Of a DNA stretch of 64,000 nucleotides, positions 37,588 to 50,160 are shown piece by piece (position 1 is the stretch's first letter; every line of letters begins with the position of its first letter). Below the pieces are notes generated by a model, which had not been told where the DNA came from, ran no database searches, and worked only from the letters and a program-made list of their open reading frames with translations. Source of the DNA: Mobula hypostoma (taxonomy: Eukaryota); contig NC_086099.1 in assembly GCF_963921235.1 (NCBI RefSeq), positions 24,490,001 to 24,554,000 of the forward strand, in the 5' to 3' direction. The position numbers and the translations under genes are program-made.

Positions 37588-40500
37588 TGCAGTTGTACAG
37601 AGTACAACAAATGATGAAGTAATATTTGAGGTAGTACAAAGTAGATTCTGCAAGTTAATTCTAAGGATGAGAGAAGCGTCCTACAAAGAGATGATAAGTA
37701 GCTTTGGCATGTACTTCTTGGTGTATAGAAGCCTGAGGGGTGACCTTATCCAAACATATAAGATCTTAAGGGGTTTGACAAGATAGAAGTTGGGATGTTT
37801 TCTGAAAGAAAGAAACATAACTACAAGATAAGGGAATGGTCTTTTAAAACTGACCATGTAGAGATTTCTCCTCACAGAGGGTGGTGAATCTCCGGAATTT
37901 TTTGGTCTATGAGTGGTAGAAGCTGGATTGTGAGATATGTTTAATGTGGAGATGAATAAATGTCTATATGGTAGATAGAGGAATGGGTGGGGTAGGGAGA
38001 AACAACACAGAAGATGAGTTAAAACCAGCCTAAGTCAGCCATGATCATACTAAAAGGTGGGGCAGGAATGAAAGCCTACTCCAGGTCAGAATTTCTTGTC
38101 TTCATATTTTCTTGTGTTCTTCATAGTTCAGAAAAAATGTGATCTCTCGCAAACAGGGCGAAGGAGAAATGGTAGAAATCTTAATGCATGGATTCTAGCA
38201 ATATCCCTCCCATTTGTGGGCAGACTTCAGGTAAGAAAATTCAAATCACTGTGAATATAAGAATGATTTGAATAGCCATTCTATCAGCTACATCCTTTAA
38301 GGCACATGGCTTGAACTCACTGCACTTCCCTCACTCAGTCATCCCCTGCGATATCTCACTTCCCAGTTCCTCATGACTCTTCAACATTCTCCACACCAAC
38401 ATAAATATCATTTCTAAAGATTAGCTTCATTTGGCACAAGTACATCAAAACGTGAGTCAACGACCAACACGGTGTGCTGGGGTCATCTTGCAAGCATCAC
38501 CATGCTTCCAGTGCCAACATAGATGCCCACAACTGACTAACCCTGACCCGCACATCTTTATAATGTGGGAGGAAACTGGAACAACCAGAGGAAACTCACA
38601 CAGTTATGGGGAGAATGTACAAACTCCTTAAACATAGTGGGAATTGACCCCAGATGCTCAGACCAATTGCTGTCACCGTAAATGGCTACCTTAACCGCCA
38701 TGCTGCTGTTCCATCCCTGTTATTCACTCTCTCTGTTATACACACTCTCTTTGGCCCCACCCCTTTGTCCCCTCTGCAAATTAAAACAAGTTCTATTTTC
38801 TACTGTGAATTTTAATCAAAGATCAAAATCCGAAATGTTAACTATACATTCCCCTCCTTAGATGTCTTACCTGCTGGGTATTTCCAATATGTTCTTCTTT
38901 ATTCTTTTCAATTTAAAAGTTATTATTGAAAATAACCTTATTAATATTCATAAATGCAATTTGATCACTGATGAATATAAGTTTTTGTAATACTTTTTGT
39001 AACTAAGTTACTTTAACTTCATGTTCGGTCAATTCATTCCAAGTGCCAGATGGGATATCAAAATATTTGAATGGGTTAGGCTTGTCAACATTTGTAAGCA
39101 TTAGTTGTAAAGCACAAGAGAAACCCAGTGTTAAAAAGAGATATTTACAACAGAAGTTATACCATCCATAGATTCAAGACTTTTACATAAACCTTTGCCT
39201 CCTAATTATTTGTATCTCAGCTTTAAGCACTGTTAAGAAAAACACACTACCTACTTTCAAGAAAGCAGTGTCATACTTCGGTGAACTAATTCATGATTTC
39301 AGCAAAGCACCTCACATTCTCATCATTCGTCCCACCTGGACCACCAGTGACATTGACCCTTTGTGAATCTTCTGAGCTGGAGGTCTCACTTCTGTTGCGA
39401 TGCATGTAGTGGGTTAATAAGTAACTAAGCCTCAAGTGATGGATCCCAAGGCAGAGTGAAGCGGGAAGTCAGCCACATTGGAGTTTGACCTCCAACTTGT
39501 TCTATACTTTAACGCAGAAGAGGCAAAGAAATCAGGATTTCGCTGATCCACAGGAAGGTCCTTGCCACTAGTTCTTGTTCAAAGAGCCTCAAAATGTAAG
39601 TACAGAAATCTGTACAAAAACAACAGATATAGAACAATTTACGCCCTTCTCAGAGAAGCAGGAAGTTTCAAGATCAAGCCTGTCCATAAATGAACTATTC
39701 CTACGACCTACGTCCCCAGGAGTAAGCTACCAAATGCAATGGGTGCTCTCTTACATACAGACTGGTTCAATTTATATCAGAAAACCAAAGCTTATGTTTC
39801 ATGTATGTCAACACGATGCATATTAAGAATGCTGAATGTATTGCTTATACGGGCTCGTGGAAAAAATCAATTTCTTGCAATATTTATTTAAAAGACATTT
39901 TCTCTCCTTGATATTCAGCAACATTACCATCAACAAATCCCCACCATCAACATCCTACATCCTATCATTGACTAGGAGCTTAACTGGATCAACTGCATGA
40001 ATACTGTGTAATGGAGCATCAGAGGCATTCTGTGGTAACAGAGTCACCACCTCACTCCCCAGAGATAATTCATTATCCAGGTACTCCATTTTGCAGTCTC
40101 TTTGCCTACACGGTCAAGGATTGCAGACTTTTGGAATTACCATGACTTCCAAAGTCACACATCTTCTTGAAAATGCATTACTGACAAGACTGTGAGAATG
40201 CCTTCACCAAATGGGTCATAGTGGAGGCAACTCATCACATCTTCTAAATAAAGCATTAAATTTTTTTACCCATCTATCAGAAACAAAACAAAACTAAGTT
40301 GTCAGAATGACAACAGTAACTTCCCTGATTCTCTTCAGAAGGATTATCTTGAAATATTTTACACTCATCAAGAGGGTTTGTAGGACATTTACAATCCTGG
40401 AGGGATTTTAACATCTGATAAATCATTCTCTCTGTACCATACTGGAAAGGCTCTCAGGGTATTCGGTTCCAGTCTCTGGACTAGACATCAACTCAAATCT

Positions 40501-40701
40501 TCTGTCTTGAAGAGTGTTACAAACAATCCCATATTTGAAGTGAATGTGCTTTACTGCAAGTAAACAAGTTGCATCATTGACCAGAATAGATAGACATAGA
40601 ACATATAGCAGGACAGTATTGAAACAAGCTTTGTAGTTGGCATAGTGCCAAATTAAATTAAATCTCTTCAGCCTGTACATGATCTAAATCCCTCCATTCC
40701 C

Positions 40702-41480
40702 TGTTGTTTGTTGTTGTTCTGTCATTAAGTCAAGTCCGACCTTTCGTAACCTCACGGACTCCTGCACACCAAACCTTCTTGTTGGAAACTGCCTCTAAGA
40801 TCCCCCAGGGTCATACACATTATCCAAGTAATATTATCTATCCATCGTAGCCCCTGTCATCCTCTCCTTCTTTGACCTTCTGTTTTACCTAACATGAGAG
40901 TCTTCTCCAAGGAATCCTGCCTTCTTATGATGTGGCCAAAATATTTGAGCTTTTGTCTCATAATCAAGCCTCCTAGTGAGCAGTCCGGCTGTATTTCTTC
41001 AAGTATTGACTTGTTGGATCTTCTTGCTGTCCAATGAACTCTTAACACTTTCCTTTCAAAGGCATCAATTCTTTTGTATTCAGCCTTACTAATAGTCCAG
41101 CTCTCACAGCTGGAAGTATCATAGGCTTGACTATACGGATCTTCGGAGACAATGTTATGACTGTGTTTTTCAGTATTTTATCTAAATTTGCCATTACTGC
41201 ACTTCCCAGAAGAAAACACCGTTCCACTTTGTTGCTGCAATTACCATCTCTCAAAATCTTTGAACCGAGAAAGACAAGATCCGTCATTGCTTTCACTTCC
41301 TCTTCATCTATTACTACGGAGTTAATACGGCTGGTCAACATAACCTTGGTAAGAAAACCAAGTACTGAGCGACAGGCCAGGTTTTGCACTTTCTTCTTTC
41401 ACTTTGCTTGAAAGCTTCCTCAGATCCTCCTCACTTCCAGCCATTAGAATGGTATCATCTGCATGTCTGAGGTTGTTAAT
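40702..41480 (-). mobile_element. BovB-like RTE LINE, 3' ~780 bp
   Basis: INNLRHADDTIL; FLGSKI..DGNCS; MLRVHWTARRSNKSILEEI...KLKYFGHIIRRQDSLEKTLMLGKTEGQRRRG; 3' end GGTCGGACTTGACTTAATGACAGAAC(AAC)n. Confidence 0.85.
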
Positions 41481-41631
41481 ATTTGTAAATCTAGTATAAA
41501 TGAAAACACCACAGTTGTTGGCCGAATTAAAGGTTGTGTCAAATCAGCATATAGAAGGAATATTGAAAATCTGGCTGAATGGTGCCACAATAACCCTTAC
41601 TCAATGCCAACAACTACTGTTGTTGTTGTTC

Positions 41632-42590
41632 TGGGTGGCTACCAGGAGATCCTGTCTGTTGTGGCGGACGGAGCGGAGGTGCTCGATGAAGCAGTCCCCC
41701 AATCTGCGTCGGGTTTCACCGATGTAGAGGAGGCCGCACTGGGAGCACCGGATGCAATAGATGACCCCAACACACTCAGAAGTGAAGTGTTGCCAGTGTT
41801 GCCTCACTTGGAAGACTGTTTGGGGCCCTGAACGGTGGCAAGAGATGAGGTAGGGACAGGTGTAGCACTTGCGCTTACAGGGATAAGTGCCGGGTGGGAG
41901 ATCCATGGGGAGGGACGTGTGGATCAGGGAGTCGTGGAGGGACTGTGGGAAGAGGAGAGGGGTGGAGAGGGAAAGATGTGCTTAGTTGTGGGTTCCTGTT
42001 GAAGGTGGCGGAAGTTGCAGAGGATAATGTGCTGGATCCGGAGGCTAGTGGGGTGGTAGGTAAGGACAAGTAGCCACCCACTTCAACTCTGCTTCCCACT
42101 CCCATTCAGATATGTCCATACATGGCCTCCTCAACTGCCATGATGAGACTAAACTCAAGTTGGAGGAGCAACACCTCATATACCGTCTAGGTAGTCTCCA
42201 GCTCCTTGGTATGAACATAGAATTCTCCAACTTCCGGTAATTCCCACCCCCTCCCTTCCCCTATCCTTATGTCACTCTGCCCCCTCCCCCAGTTGCCTAT
42301 CACCTCCCTCATGGTTCCACCTCCTTCTACTACCCATTGTGTTTTCCCCTATTCCTTCTTCACCTTTCCTGCCTATCACCTCCCTGACTCCCTTCCCCCG
42401 CCCCTTTATCTTTCCCCTTACTGGTTTTCAACCTGGAACCTACCAGTCTTCTCCTTCCCACCTTCCCCCCACCTTCTTTATAAGGCCTCTGCCCCTTCCC
42501 TCTTCAGTCCTGCTTCTGGCCCGAAACATTGACTAATCGTTTCCATGGATGCTGCCCGACCTGCTGAGTTCCTCCAGCATGTTGTGAGTG
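41632..42590. mobile_element. PLE fragment with an internal inversion (minus 41632-42069, plus 42070-42590)
   Basis: Minus part encodes PCKRKCYTC..GVIYCIRCSQCGLLYIGETRRRLGD. Plus part continues VATHFNS...KLEEQHLIYRLG to the terminal repeat. Confidence 0.88.
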
Positions 42591-43160
42591 ACGGAAACGC
42601 CAATGTCCAGGAATGGAAAAGTCTACAAAACGTGGTGGACACAAACCAGTCCATTACAGGCAAGGCTGTCCTCGCCATTGAGAACACCTACAAGGAAAGC
42701 TGCCACAAAAAAGCAGCATCTGCCATCAGGAGCCCCCACCATCCAGACCAGGCTCTCTTCCTGCTGCTGCCATCAGGAAGAAGGTATAGGAGCCTTAGGT
42801 CCCACACCACCAGGTTCAGAAACAGTTATTATCCTTAACCCTTCAGGATCTGGATCTGGATCTGGAACTACCAGGCCAGTGCAGGTAACTTGACTCATCT
42901 GAATACTGAATAAATTCCATAACTTAATGGATTCACTTTCAAGGACTCTAGAAATCATGGTCTCAGTATTAGTTATTTACTTCTTTTTAATTTGCACAAT
43001 TTGTCTTTTTTGCACTTCAGCTACATGTCTGTCTTTGTATGCAGTCCTTCATTGATTCTTTAGTATTTCTCTGTTCTACTGTGAATGCTTGAAAGAAAAT
43101 AAATCTCAGGTTAGTATATGGGGACATATAGGTACTTTGACAATGTATTTATTTGAACTT
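42590..43160 (+). mobile_element. Rex1/Babar LINE 3' end
   Basis: GNANVQEWKSLQNVVD...LLPSGRRYRSLRSHTTRFRNS plus the family tail. Confidence 0.8.
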
Positions 43161-43583
43161 CGCACATCGAACTATTGCATCCACTTCTACAACTACACTT
43201 GGCAACCTGTTCAAAGTACCCAACACTGAATAAACAAAACTTATCCACACATCTCCTTTATACCTTCCCCACCACCCTCCCTCCTCACCTGAAATGCATG
43301 TCTTGAATTTGACACTTCTACCCTGAGAGATATATTCTGACTACCTTATCTTTGTTTCTCATATTTGTATAAAGATCTATCTGGTCTCCCCTCAGCCTCT
43401 GACTCCCCAGAGAAAACAGCTCAAGTTTGACCACACTTTCCCTATAGCTCGTACTCATTAACCCAGGCAGTATCCGGGTAAACCTCTTCCACACCCTTTC
43501 CAAAGTCTCCACACCCTTCTTGTAAAGGAGCAATCAGAACTGCATGCAATATTCAAAGTGGGGCAGAACCAAAGTTTTATATA

Positions 43584-44699
43584 CAGCATTGTGCAAAATT
43601 CTTAGGCACATACATATAGTGAGGGTGCCTAAGAATTTTCCACAGCACTGTAGTAATTTTAAATATTACACTGTACTGCCGCCGTAAAAAAACACATTTC
43701 ATGACATATGTGAGTGATTGTAAACCAGGTTCAGATATGGGTCTGTATTGTGGACTGAGACTACTGCTATATAAGGCCTTGGCCAGACCCTACTTGGAGT
43801 ACTGTGTTCAGTTCTGGTCACCTCACTACAGGAAGGATGTGGATAAAATAGAGAGAGTGCAGAGAAGACTTACAAGGATTGGAGAGTGTGCCTTATGAGA
43901 ATAGGTTGAGTGAACTTATCCTTTTCTCCTTGGAGCAACAGAGGAGGAGAGGTGACCAGATAGAGGTGTATAAGGTGATGAGAGGCATTGATCATGTAGA
44001 TAGCCAGAAGCTTTTTCCCCAAGACTGAGATGGCTAACACAAGGGGGCATAGTTTTAAGGTGCTTGGAAGGAGGTACAAGGGAGATGTCAAAGGTAAGTT
44101 TTTCACACAGAGAGTGGTGGGTGCGTGGAATGCACTGCCAGTGACAGTGGTAGAGGCGGGTACAAAAGAGTCTTTTAAGAGACTCTTGGATAGGTACATG
44201 GGCTTAGAAAAATAGAGGGCTATGGGGTAGGATAATCCTAGGCAGTTTCTAGTGTAGGGTACATGGTTGGCACAACATTGAGGGCCAAAGGGCCTGTAAT
44301 GTGGTGTAGATTTCTATGTTCTATGAGAATGTGAAGGGGGCAGAGAGAGAAGAATCATGGTTGGTAAAAGGGGAAGGGAGAAGGGACAGAACAGGAAGCA
44401 CCAGAGAGACATTCTGTAATGATCAATATACCAATTGTTTGGAATAAAATTACCTTGCTTGGTATCTCAGGGCTGGGTGTGTCTGTACCCACGCCACAAC
44501 CTGCCCCAGCACTCCTTCACTGCCACCTGCCCCACACCCCTCCCACGACATTTTATTGTCGCCATTCCCAACATTCTTTGCTCCCGCCAGATTTACAAAC
44601 TTTCTCTCCGCTCCACGTTTACATATAAAGTACTATGCAAAAGTCTTAGTCACCCTAATTATATACTGTATATGTGCCTAAGGCTTGTAAACAGTACTG
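43584..44699. mobile_element. Composite non-autonomous Tc1/mariner-type element bounded by two ~70-bp palindromic units
   Basis: Unit 1 (43584-43650): TA|CAGCATTGTGCAAAATTCTTAGGCAC...GTGCCTAAGAATTTTCCACAGCACTG|TA. Unit 2 (44628-44699) is an inverted homologue. The host CR1 is contiguous across the whole block. Confidence 0.75.
43761..44323 (+). mobile_element. CR1 LINE 3' end nested in the composite element
   Basis: [24 protein letters not shown]...RGHSFK; TTCTATGTTCTA tail; TSD TGAGA at 43756-43760 and 44324-44328. Confidence 0.88.
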
Positions 44700-44949
44700 T
44701 GGCTGCAACATGACTTTCTGACTCTTATATTCAGTTCCCTGACCAATGAAGGCAAACATGCCATACACCTTCTTTACATCCCCATCTACTTGTTTGACCA
44801 CTATCAGGGAGCTTTAGTTTCGGATACACAAATCCACCAGTCTTTTTGCTGTCTGCAATCTTACAAACACACCCAACTGTATTTTCTTCCTTATATATAT
44901 AGGAGATCGCCAGCAGGTGGTAAGAGGGGGCTCCCTCACCGCTGCCCCT

Positions 44950-45865
44950 CTGACCTTCAACACAGGTTACCCTCAGGGCTGTGTACTAAGCCCCCTATGA
45001 TTCCCCATGACTGTGTTGCTATCCGCAGCTCCAATCTGTTAATTAAATTTTCTGAATATAGTACACTGATTGGCCTAATCTCAAATAATAATGAGGCAGC
45101 ATACAGAGAAGTCATCACCCTGATACAGTGATGTCAAGAAAACAACCTCTCCCTCCATGCTGCAAACATAAAGTAGCTGGTCGTGGTCTACAGGAGAAAC
45201 AGAGACAGTCTACCCCCTATAGACTTCAATGGATCTGGGGTTGAGAAGGTGAACAGCTTTAAGTTCCTCAGCATACACATCACCAAGCATCTCATGTGGT
45301 CTGTGCATACCAGCTGTGTGGTAAAAAAGGCACAATAGCTCCTCTTTCACCTCAGACAGTTGAAGAAGTTTGGTATGGGCCCCCAAATCCTAAGAACTTT
45401 CTACAGGGGCACAATTGAGAGCATCCTGACTGCCTGGTATGGGAACTGTACATTCCTTAATCACAGGATTCTATAGAGAGTGGTGTGGATCGCCTGGTGC
45501 ATCTGTAATCGTGAACTTCCCACTATTCAGAACATTTACAAAGACAGGTGTGTAAAAAAGGCCTGAAGGATCATTGGGGACTGAGTCATCCCAACCACAA
45601 ACTGTTGGAGCTGCTACCATCCGGGAAACAGTACCGCAGCATGAAAGCCAGGACCAACAGGCTCCGGGACAGCTTCTTCCACCAGGCCATCAGACTGATT
45701 AATTCATGCTGATACAACTGTATTTCTATTTTATATTGGTGTATATACTATTTATTATAAGTTACTATAAATTGCACATTGCACACTTAGACAGAGACAC
45801 AACGTAAAGATTTTTACTCCTCATGTATATGAAGGATGTAAGTAATGAAGTCAATTCAATTCAAC
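44950..45865 (+). mobile_element. Rex1/Babar LINE 3' ~900 bp
   Basis: TGYPQGCVLSP..HDCVA..., VNSFKFL, LLPSGKQYRS and a (CAATT)n tail. Confidence 0.85.
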
Positions 45866-47274
45866 TACAGAGCTCTAGCTCTGATCCTTGTGGAACACTA
45901 TTGGATCTCCAACCAGAATATCATCCTTCCATCACTATACTCTGTCTTCTATGGGCAAGCCAATTCTGACTGCCAAGTCCCCTTGGATCCCATGCATCTT
46001 AATATCTCACTACTTTATTTAGTTTAGAAATCTTAAATACAATGACAGAAATAAAGATATCACCCATAAGCTTTGAATTGTGTAATTACATTAGATGTCA
46101 TTCACGTGCATATCTCCTGTATTCCAAGGATCCTCTCACAAAACCACTTGAAGAATATTCAACCTCAAAAGATAATTGGAAATGAATAGGCCAATATGAT
46201 CAAGGTAAGTTAGTGCTTTACAGAGTTCCTCCTGAGTTGTGTGTGCGTCACTGAAGATTTCCAGCATCTGCTGAATCTCTTGTGTTTTTTGTTTTAATTT
46301 TAATTTTAATTAATTTTGTGTTAATTGTCCCTTATGGCCCATAAGTCAAGGTATTATCCGAGTATTATCTAAGTAATGAACATAGTATGGCAGTATAGCA
46401 GTTAGCACAACACTTTACATGCTTAAGAGAAAGGGAAGTTATTCATTAAGAATGAAATGGTGTAGAGCCAAAAGCTATAATCGATTGGACAGATTTCTCA
46501 GAACTAATTCAGATTCATTTATTTATCATGTGTCAAATGCATCAGATACATTAACAACCGACACACCCAAGAATGCACTGAGGGCAGTTGACAAGTCTCA
46601 CCACACATTTTTCCAGTCCTTGTCCATGACTCATAGACATCCGGCCGTTAACTTTGAACTTCACTCAGGACTCGCTAATCATGGGTTTGACTTTCAGGCC
46701 TTGACTTCCAGATTCACACAGGCATCCCAACCCCAGTGACTTGGACCTTCATGTCTCCTATAGGCTCCTAGCTTCAGTCTTCGACTTTCAGGCTTCTGCC
46801 TTGGTCCTCCAGAATTGGTTGGAAGGAAATGCTTTTTGGATGAAACAAAAATTAGCACTGTAGATGGATAAGGGATTTCATTGTGCACTTGAAAGAGCAG
46901 AGAACAGATATGAAAGCGTAGGATCAGAGAGAGCAATAAAGAAATGCCTACTAGGTTAACTATAGGGTGTCCGAGAATTATTGGCCCTCATGTAATGCAT
47001 ACTGCGGAAATGCTCTGATGGTGTTACTGCTGCTTCACCAGTGAGATACAGGACATTCAATGCACCATTGAACCACGTAAAAGACTAAAAGCTGAGCAAG
47101 TGCTTGGTTAAAGATAGAAGTTAAATTAAAGATTAGCTTTATTTGCCGCACGTACATTAAAACAGCAAAACATGCAGTGAAATACGTCGTTTGCATCAAC
47201 GATCAACACAGTCCGAATATGTGCTGGAGCAGCCAGCAAATATTAGTTCTGGTTGCTGATACCTTCAGTTCTTT

Positions 47275-47790
47275 CAGAATCAGAAACAGATATATTATCA
47301 CTCACATATGTCATGAAATTACTTGTTTCGGGCAGCAGTACAGAGGAGTACATAAAATATTTATATATATATATATATATGAACCATTCAGGAATCTGAT
47401 AGGCGAGAGGAAGAAGCTGTTCCTAAAGTGTTGAGTGTGTGGTCTTCAGGCTCCTGTACATCCTCCCTGATGGTAGTAATAAGAAGAGGCTTGCCCTGAG
47501 TAATGGAGGGTTCTTAATGATAAATGCCACCTTTTTGACACATGGCCTTTCAAGATGTCGTAAATGCTGGGGAAACCAGTGTCCATGACATAGCTAGATG
47601 AGTTTACAATCCCCTGCAGCTTTTTCCGATCCTGTTTATTGACCCCTCTGTACCAGATGAAGATGCAACCAGCTAGAATGCTCTCTACAGTACATCTGTA
47701 GAAATTTACTGGAGTCTTTGGTGACACCCCTTAAACCCCTAAATGAGATATAGCCACTGGTGTGCCTTCTTCATAATTGCATCAATATTG
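47275..47790 (-). mobile_element. Rex1/Babar LINE 3' end
   Basis: MSPKTPVNFYRCTVESILAGCIFIWY plus the family tail. Confidence 0.8.
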
Positions 47791-48084
47791 GATAGATCTT
47801 TTTAGGACTGGCATCAAGCAGATGGAGATGCAACAACTACCATGTTGTGGATTTAGGAGGACATATTGTTTTAGTATATGCTAAAAAACAAACATTTAGC
47901 TTTTTTCTAAAACAAATGTTTGACTTCAGTTAAAGTGCTTCATATTGTCAATTAATATCTTATATTTGTCAATTATGACAGTGCTTAACTCACTGACAAT
48001 GAATGAGTTCTTCTGATTTGGCTGCACTTCCCTCTTGATTTAAACATCTAAGGCGACATATTGTAATATGATATTGTCTTCTTC

Positions 48085-48270
48085 TTAAGCTCGTCACCGC
48101 TACTGGGGCATAGACCACCAACAGATCCTTCGTTTCTGAGGGATGAGGTCTTTAGCGCTTCTGTTGGTGCTTCTGTAGCTCTGGGTCTTTAGGGAATGGG
48201 GCTCCTGGACACATTCCCAACCCACCTCCTTTCACAGCCAGGCTTGGGACCATCCATGGAGGAGTTAGTA
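48085..48270 (-). mobile_element. Short RTE-related non-autonomous element
   Basis: Reverse complement has GGTCCCAAGCCTGG...GGAGGTGGGTTGGG (RTE 5'-like) and GGTCTATGCCCCAGTAGCGG (RTE 3'-like) before an (AAG)n tail. Confidence 0.45.
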
Positions 48271-49946
48271 TCATATCAACAAGTGTTTATTTTGACTGTG
48301 ACTTGTCTAAGAGTATGTTAATTATTAATGCAGCAGGATCTGTTTGACCCTGCTTTTCAATTACAGCATATTATCTGCAGGAGCCATTTCTATCTGCATT
48401 GTATCTGTGTTGTGTGTTTATTATTGTAACTAGTCACGTGAGTGGGGCCGTGGTAAAAGCAAAAGGAATAAGTGACAGATTTGTGCTTTGCTCCGGGCAG
48501 TTTAGTTTAGAACTAGGGGCCGATAGATGTCATAACTTTTGTTGACCACTTAATTGTGCTTAATTTTGTTTAGTTACTTTACTTCTAAATTGTTTTTTCC
48601 TAGTTGCTAATCAAGAATCGAATACAGCTCTTCGACTTTTGGAACATCATTACTGGAGTGATTAGAGGGTGCATCATACAAGGATAACAACACATGCTAG
48701 GTCGCCAGCAGCGACAATAGATTTGTTAGAATTGGCTGCCACACTATTCAAGGAAAGGTTAACATTTTTCCTTCTAAAATGAAACTGAAGGCAAGGTAGG
48801 TTAGACACCATCTACAAATATAAATCAGGTTGTCACTCGGTTACAATTCATACTCTGTTTAAATCCAAAGCTAGTGAACAGAGGCTCAGAATGTGAGACC
48901 AAGCACTTAGCTCTTAAAAAGAAGTGCAGGAAGCTCGATCAGGCTGTAGACCACAAAAGAGGCAGAGAGGAACAAAGCAAATGCAAGAAGAAAATGCAGT
49001 CCCTTGTCTGATTGATTTATAAACACAACTTCTGATGTAGACATATTTTCAATTAAGCTAGGAATGCAAAAGTACATTTCATAATACAATGACAACAGTT
49101 AAAGATGTCAGAGAAAATATCATCTCCCTTTGCATTATGTTTTCCTGTAGTGTGCTTCGCTTGAGTAAGAGCCCGTTGCCAAAAAGCTTACAAGATATTG
49201 TTTACTCCTATATTTAATACATAAATAAATTGTTGTATGAGAAAGAATTGTTAATGTGTGTCTAGCAGAGTGCTTAATAGTACTTATATAATGATTGTTG
49301 TCACCATACATGACTCATCTGCATTTAAATTCTTTGAAAATAATAACTGATCTTATCTTTGTGTGCATTTTCCCTTGAAAGTGAGTAAGCCATTTAAACC
49401 TATTTTCTTAAATGCAACAGTCAGCTGTTTTAGCTGTATTATGCAAATTTAAACCTTTCCGACTAAACTAGTTTAACCCTTTTATTCACATAAATTAGTG
49501 TTTGGAATTGGGAAATAAACTGTACTTTGTACCCTGCTAATGTTTACGACCCCATCACTAACTCTGTTCCAGCTAACTCAACAGGTCAGGCAGCACCTCT
49601 GAAAAATTGGAATAGCTTAGTTAAGGTCATATGTACCGAAATACAGTGAAAGGCTTGTCTTGCACACTGTTCATACATATCAAATCATTTCGTAATGCAT
49701 TGAGATAGAACAATGCAGAATAAAGTATAACAGCAACAGAGAAAGGGCAGTGAAGGGAACAAAAAGAAAGATAACAACGAGGTAGATTGTCAGGTCAAGA
49801 GAAACCAGCAAGTGTTTCCATTTTTCAGAACTTAGAGAGCAACAAGTTGCCTTCATGAGATAGGAGGAGTGAAATAAAAGGGACAAAGGGAATTTCTGTG
49901 AAAGGTGCAAATACCTATTCATTAAATGGGTGGTCAGATGATGCAG

Positions 49947-50160
49947 TAGCCGGCCAGTGGGATAGTGGCATCTGCCCTGGACTTTGAGGTGAGTGGTCCC
50001 GGGTTCGAATCTGGCCAGCTCCCTGCACGCCTCCCATCTGTGCTGGGTTGAGCATCGAACTAGCAACTCAACTGCAGTAAACAAAAGAGAAGTGCAAAAG
50101 AAACAGCAAGGTTGCCACCCAATGCGGCACAAGGCTTGGCAAGGAGAAACAACAAGAACA
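49947..50160 (+). mobile_element. tRNA-derived SINE
   Basis: A box TGGGATAGTGG, B box GGTTCGAATCT, ACA-rich tail. 11-bp TSD AGATG(A/G)TGCAG at 49936-49946 and 50161-50171. Confidence 0.8.

Larger units (their letters stand above)
43170..44830 (-). mobile_element. CR1 LINE, host of the composite Tc1-type insertion
   Basis: ETLERVWKRFTRILPG...LRGDQIDLY. CR1 sequence CCAAAGTTTTATA resumes as GCTGCAACATGAC after 44700. Confidence 0.75.

Noticed and set aside
49947-50025. tRNA gene
   Set aside because: A and B boxes are present, but I see no cloverleaf or T-run terminator. It continues into a SINE body with a TSD and has a second copy.
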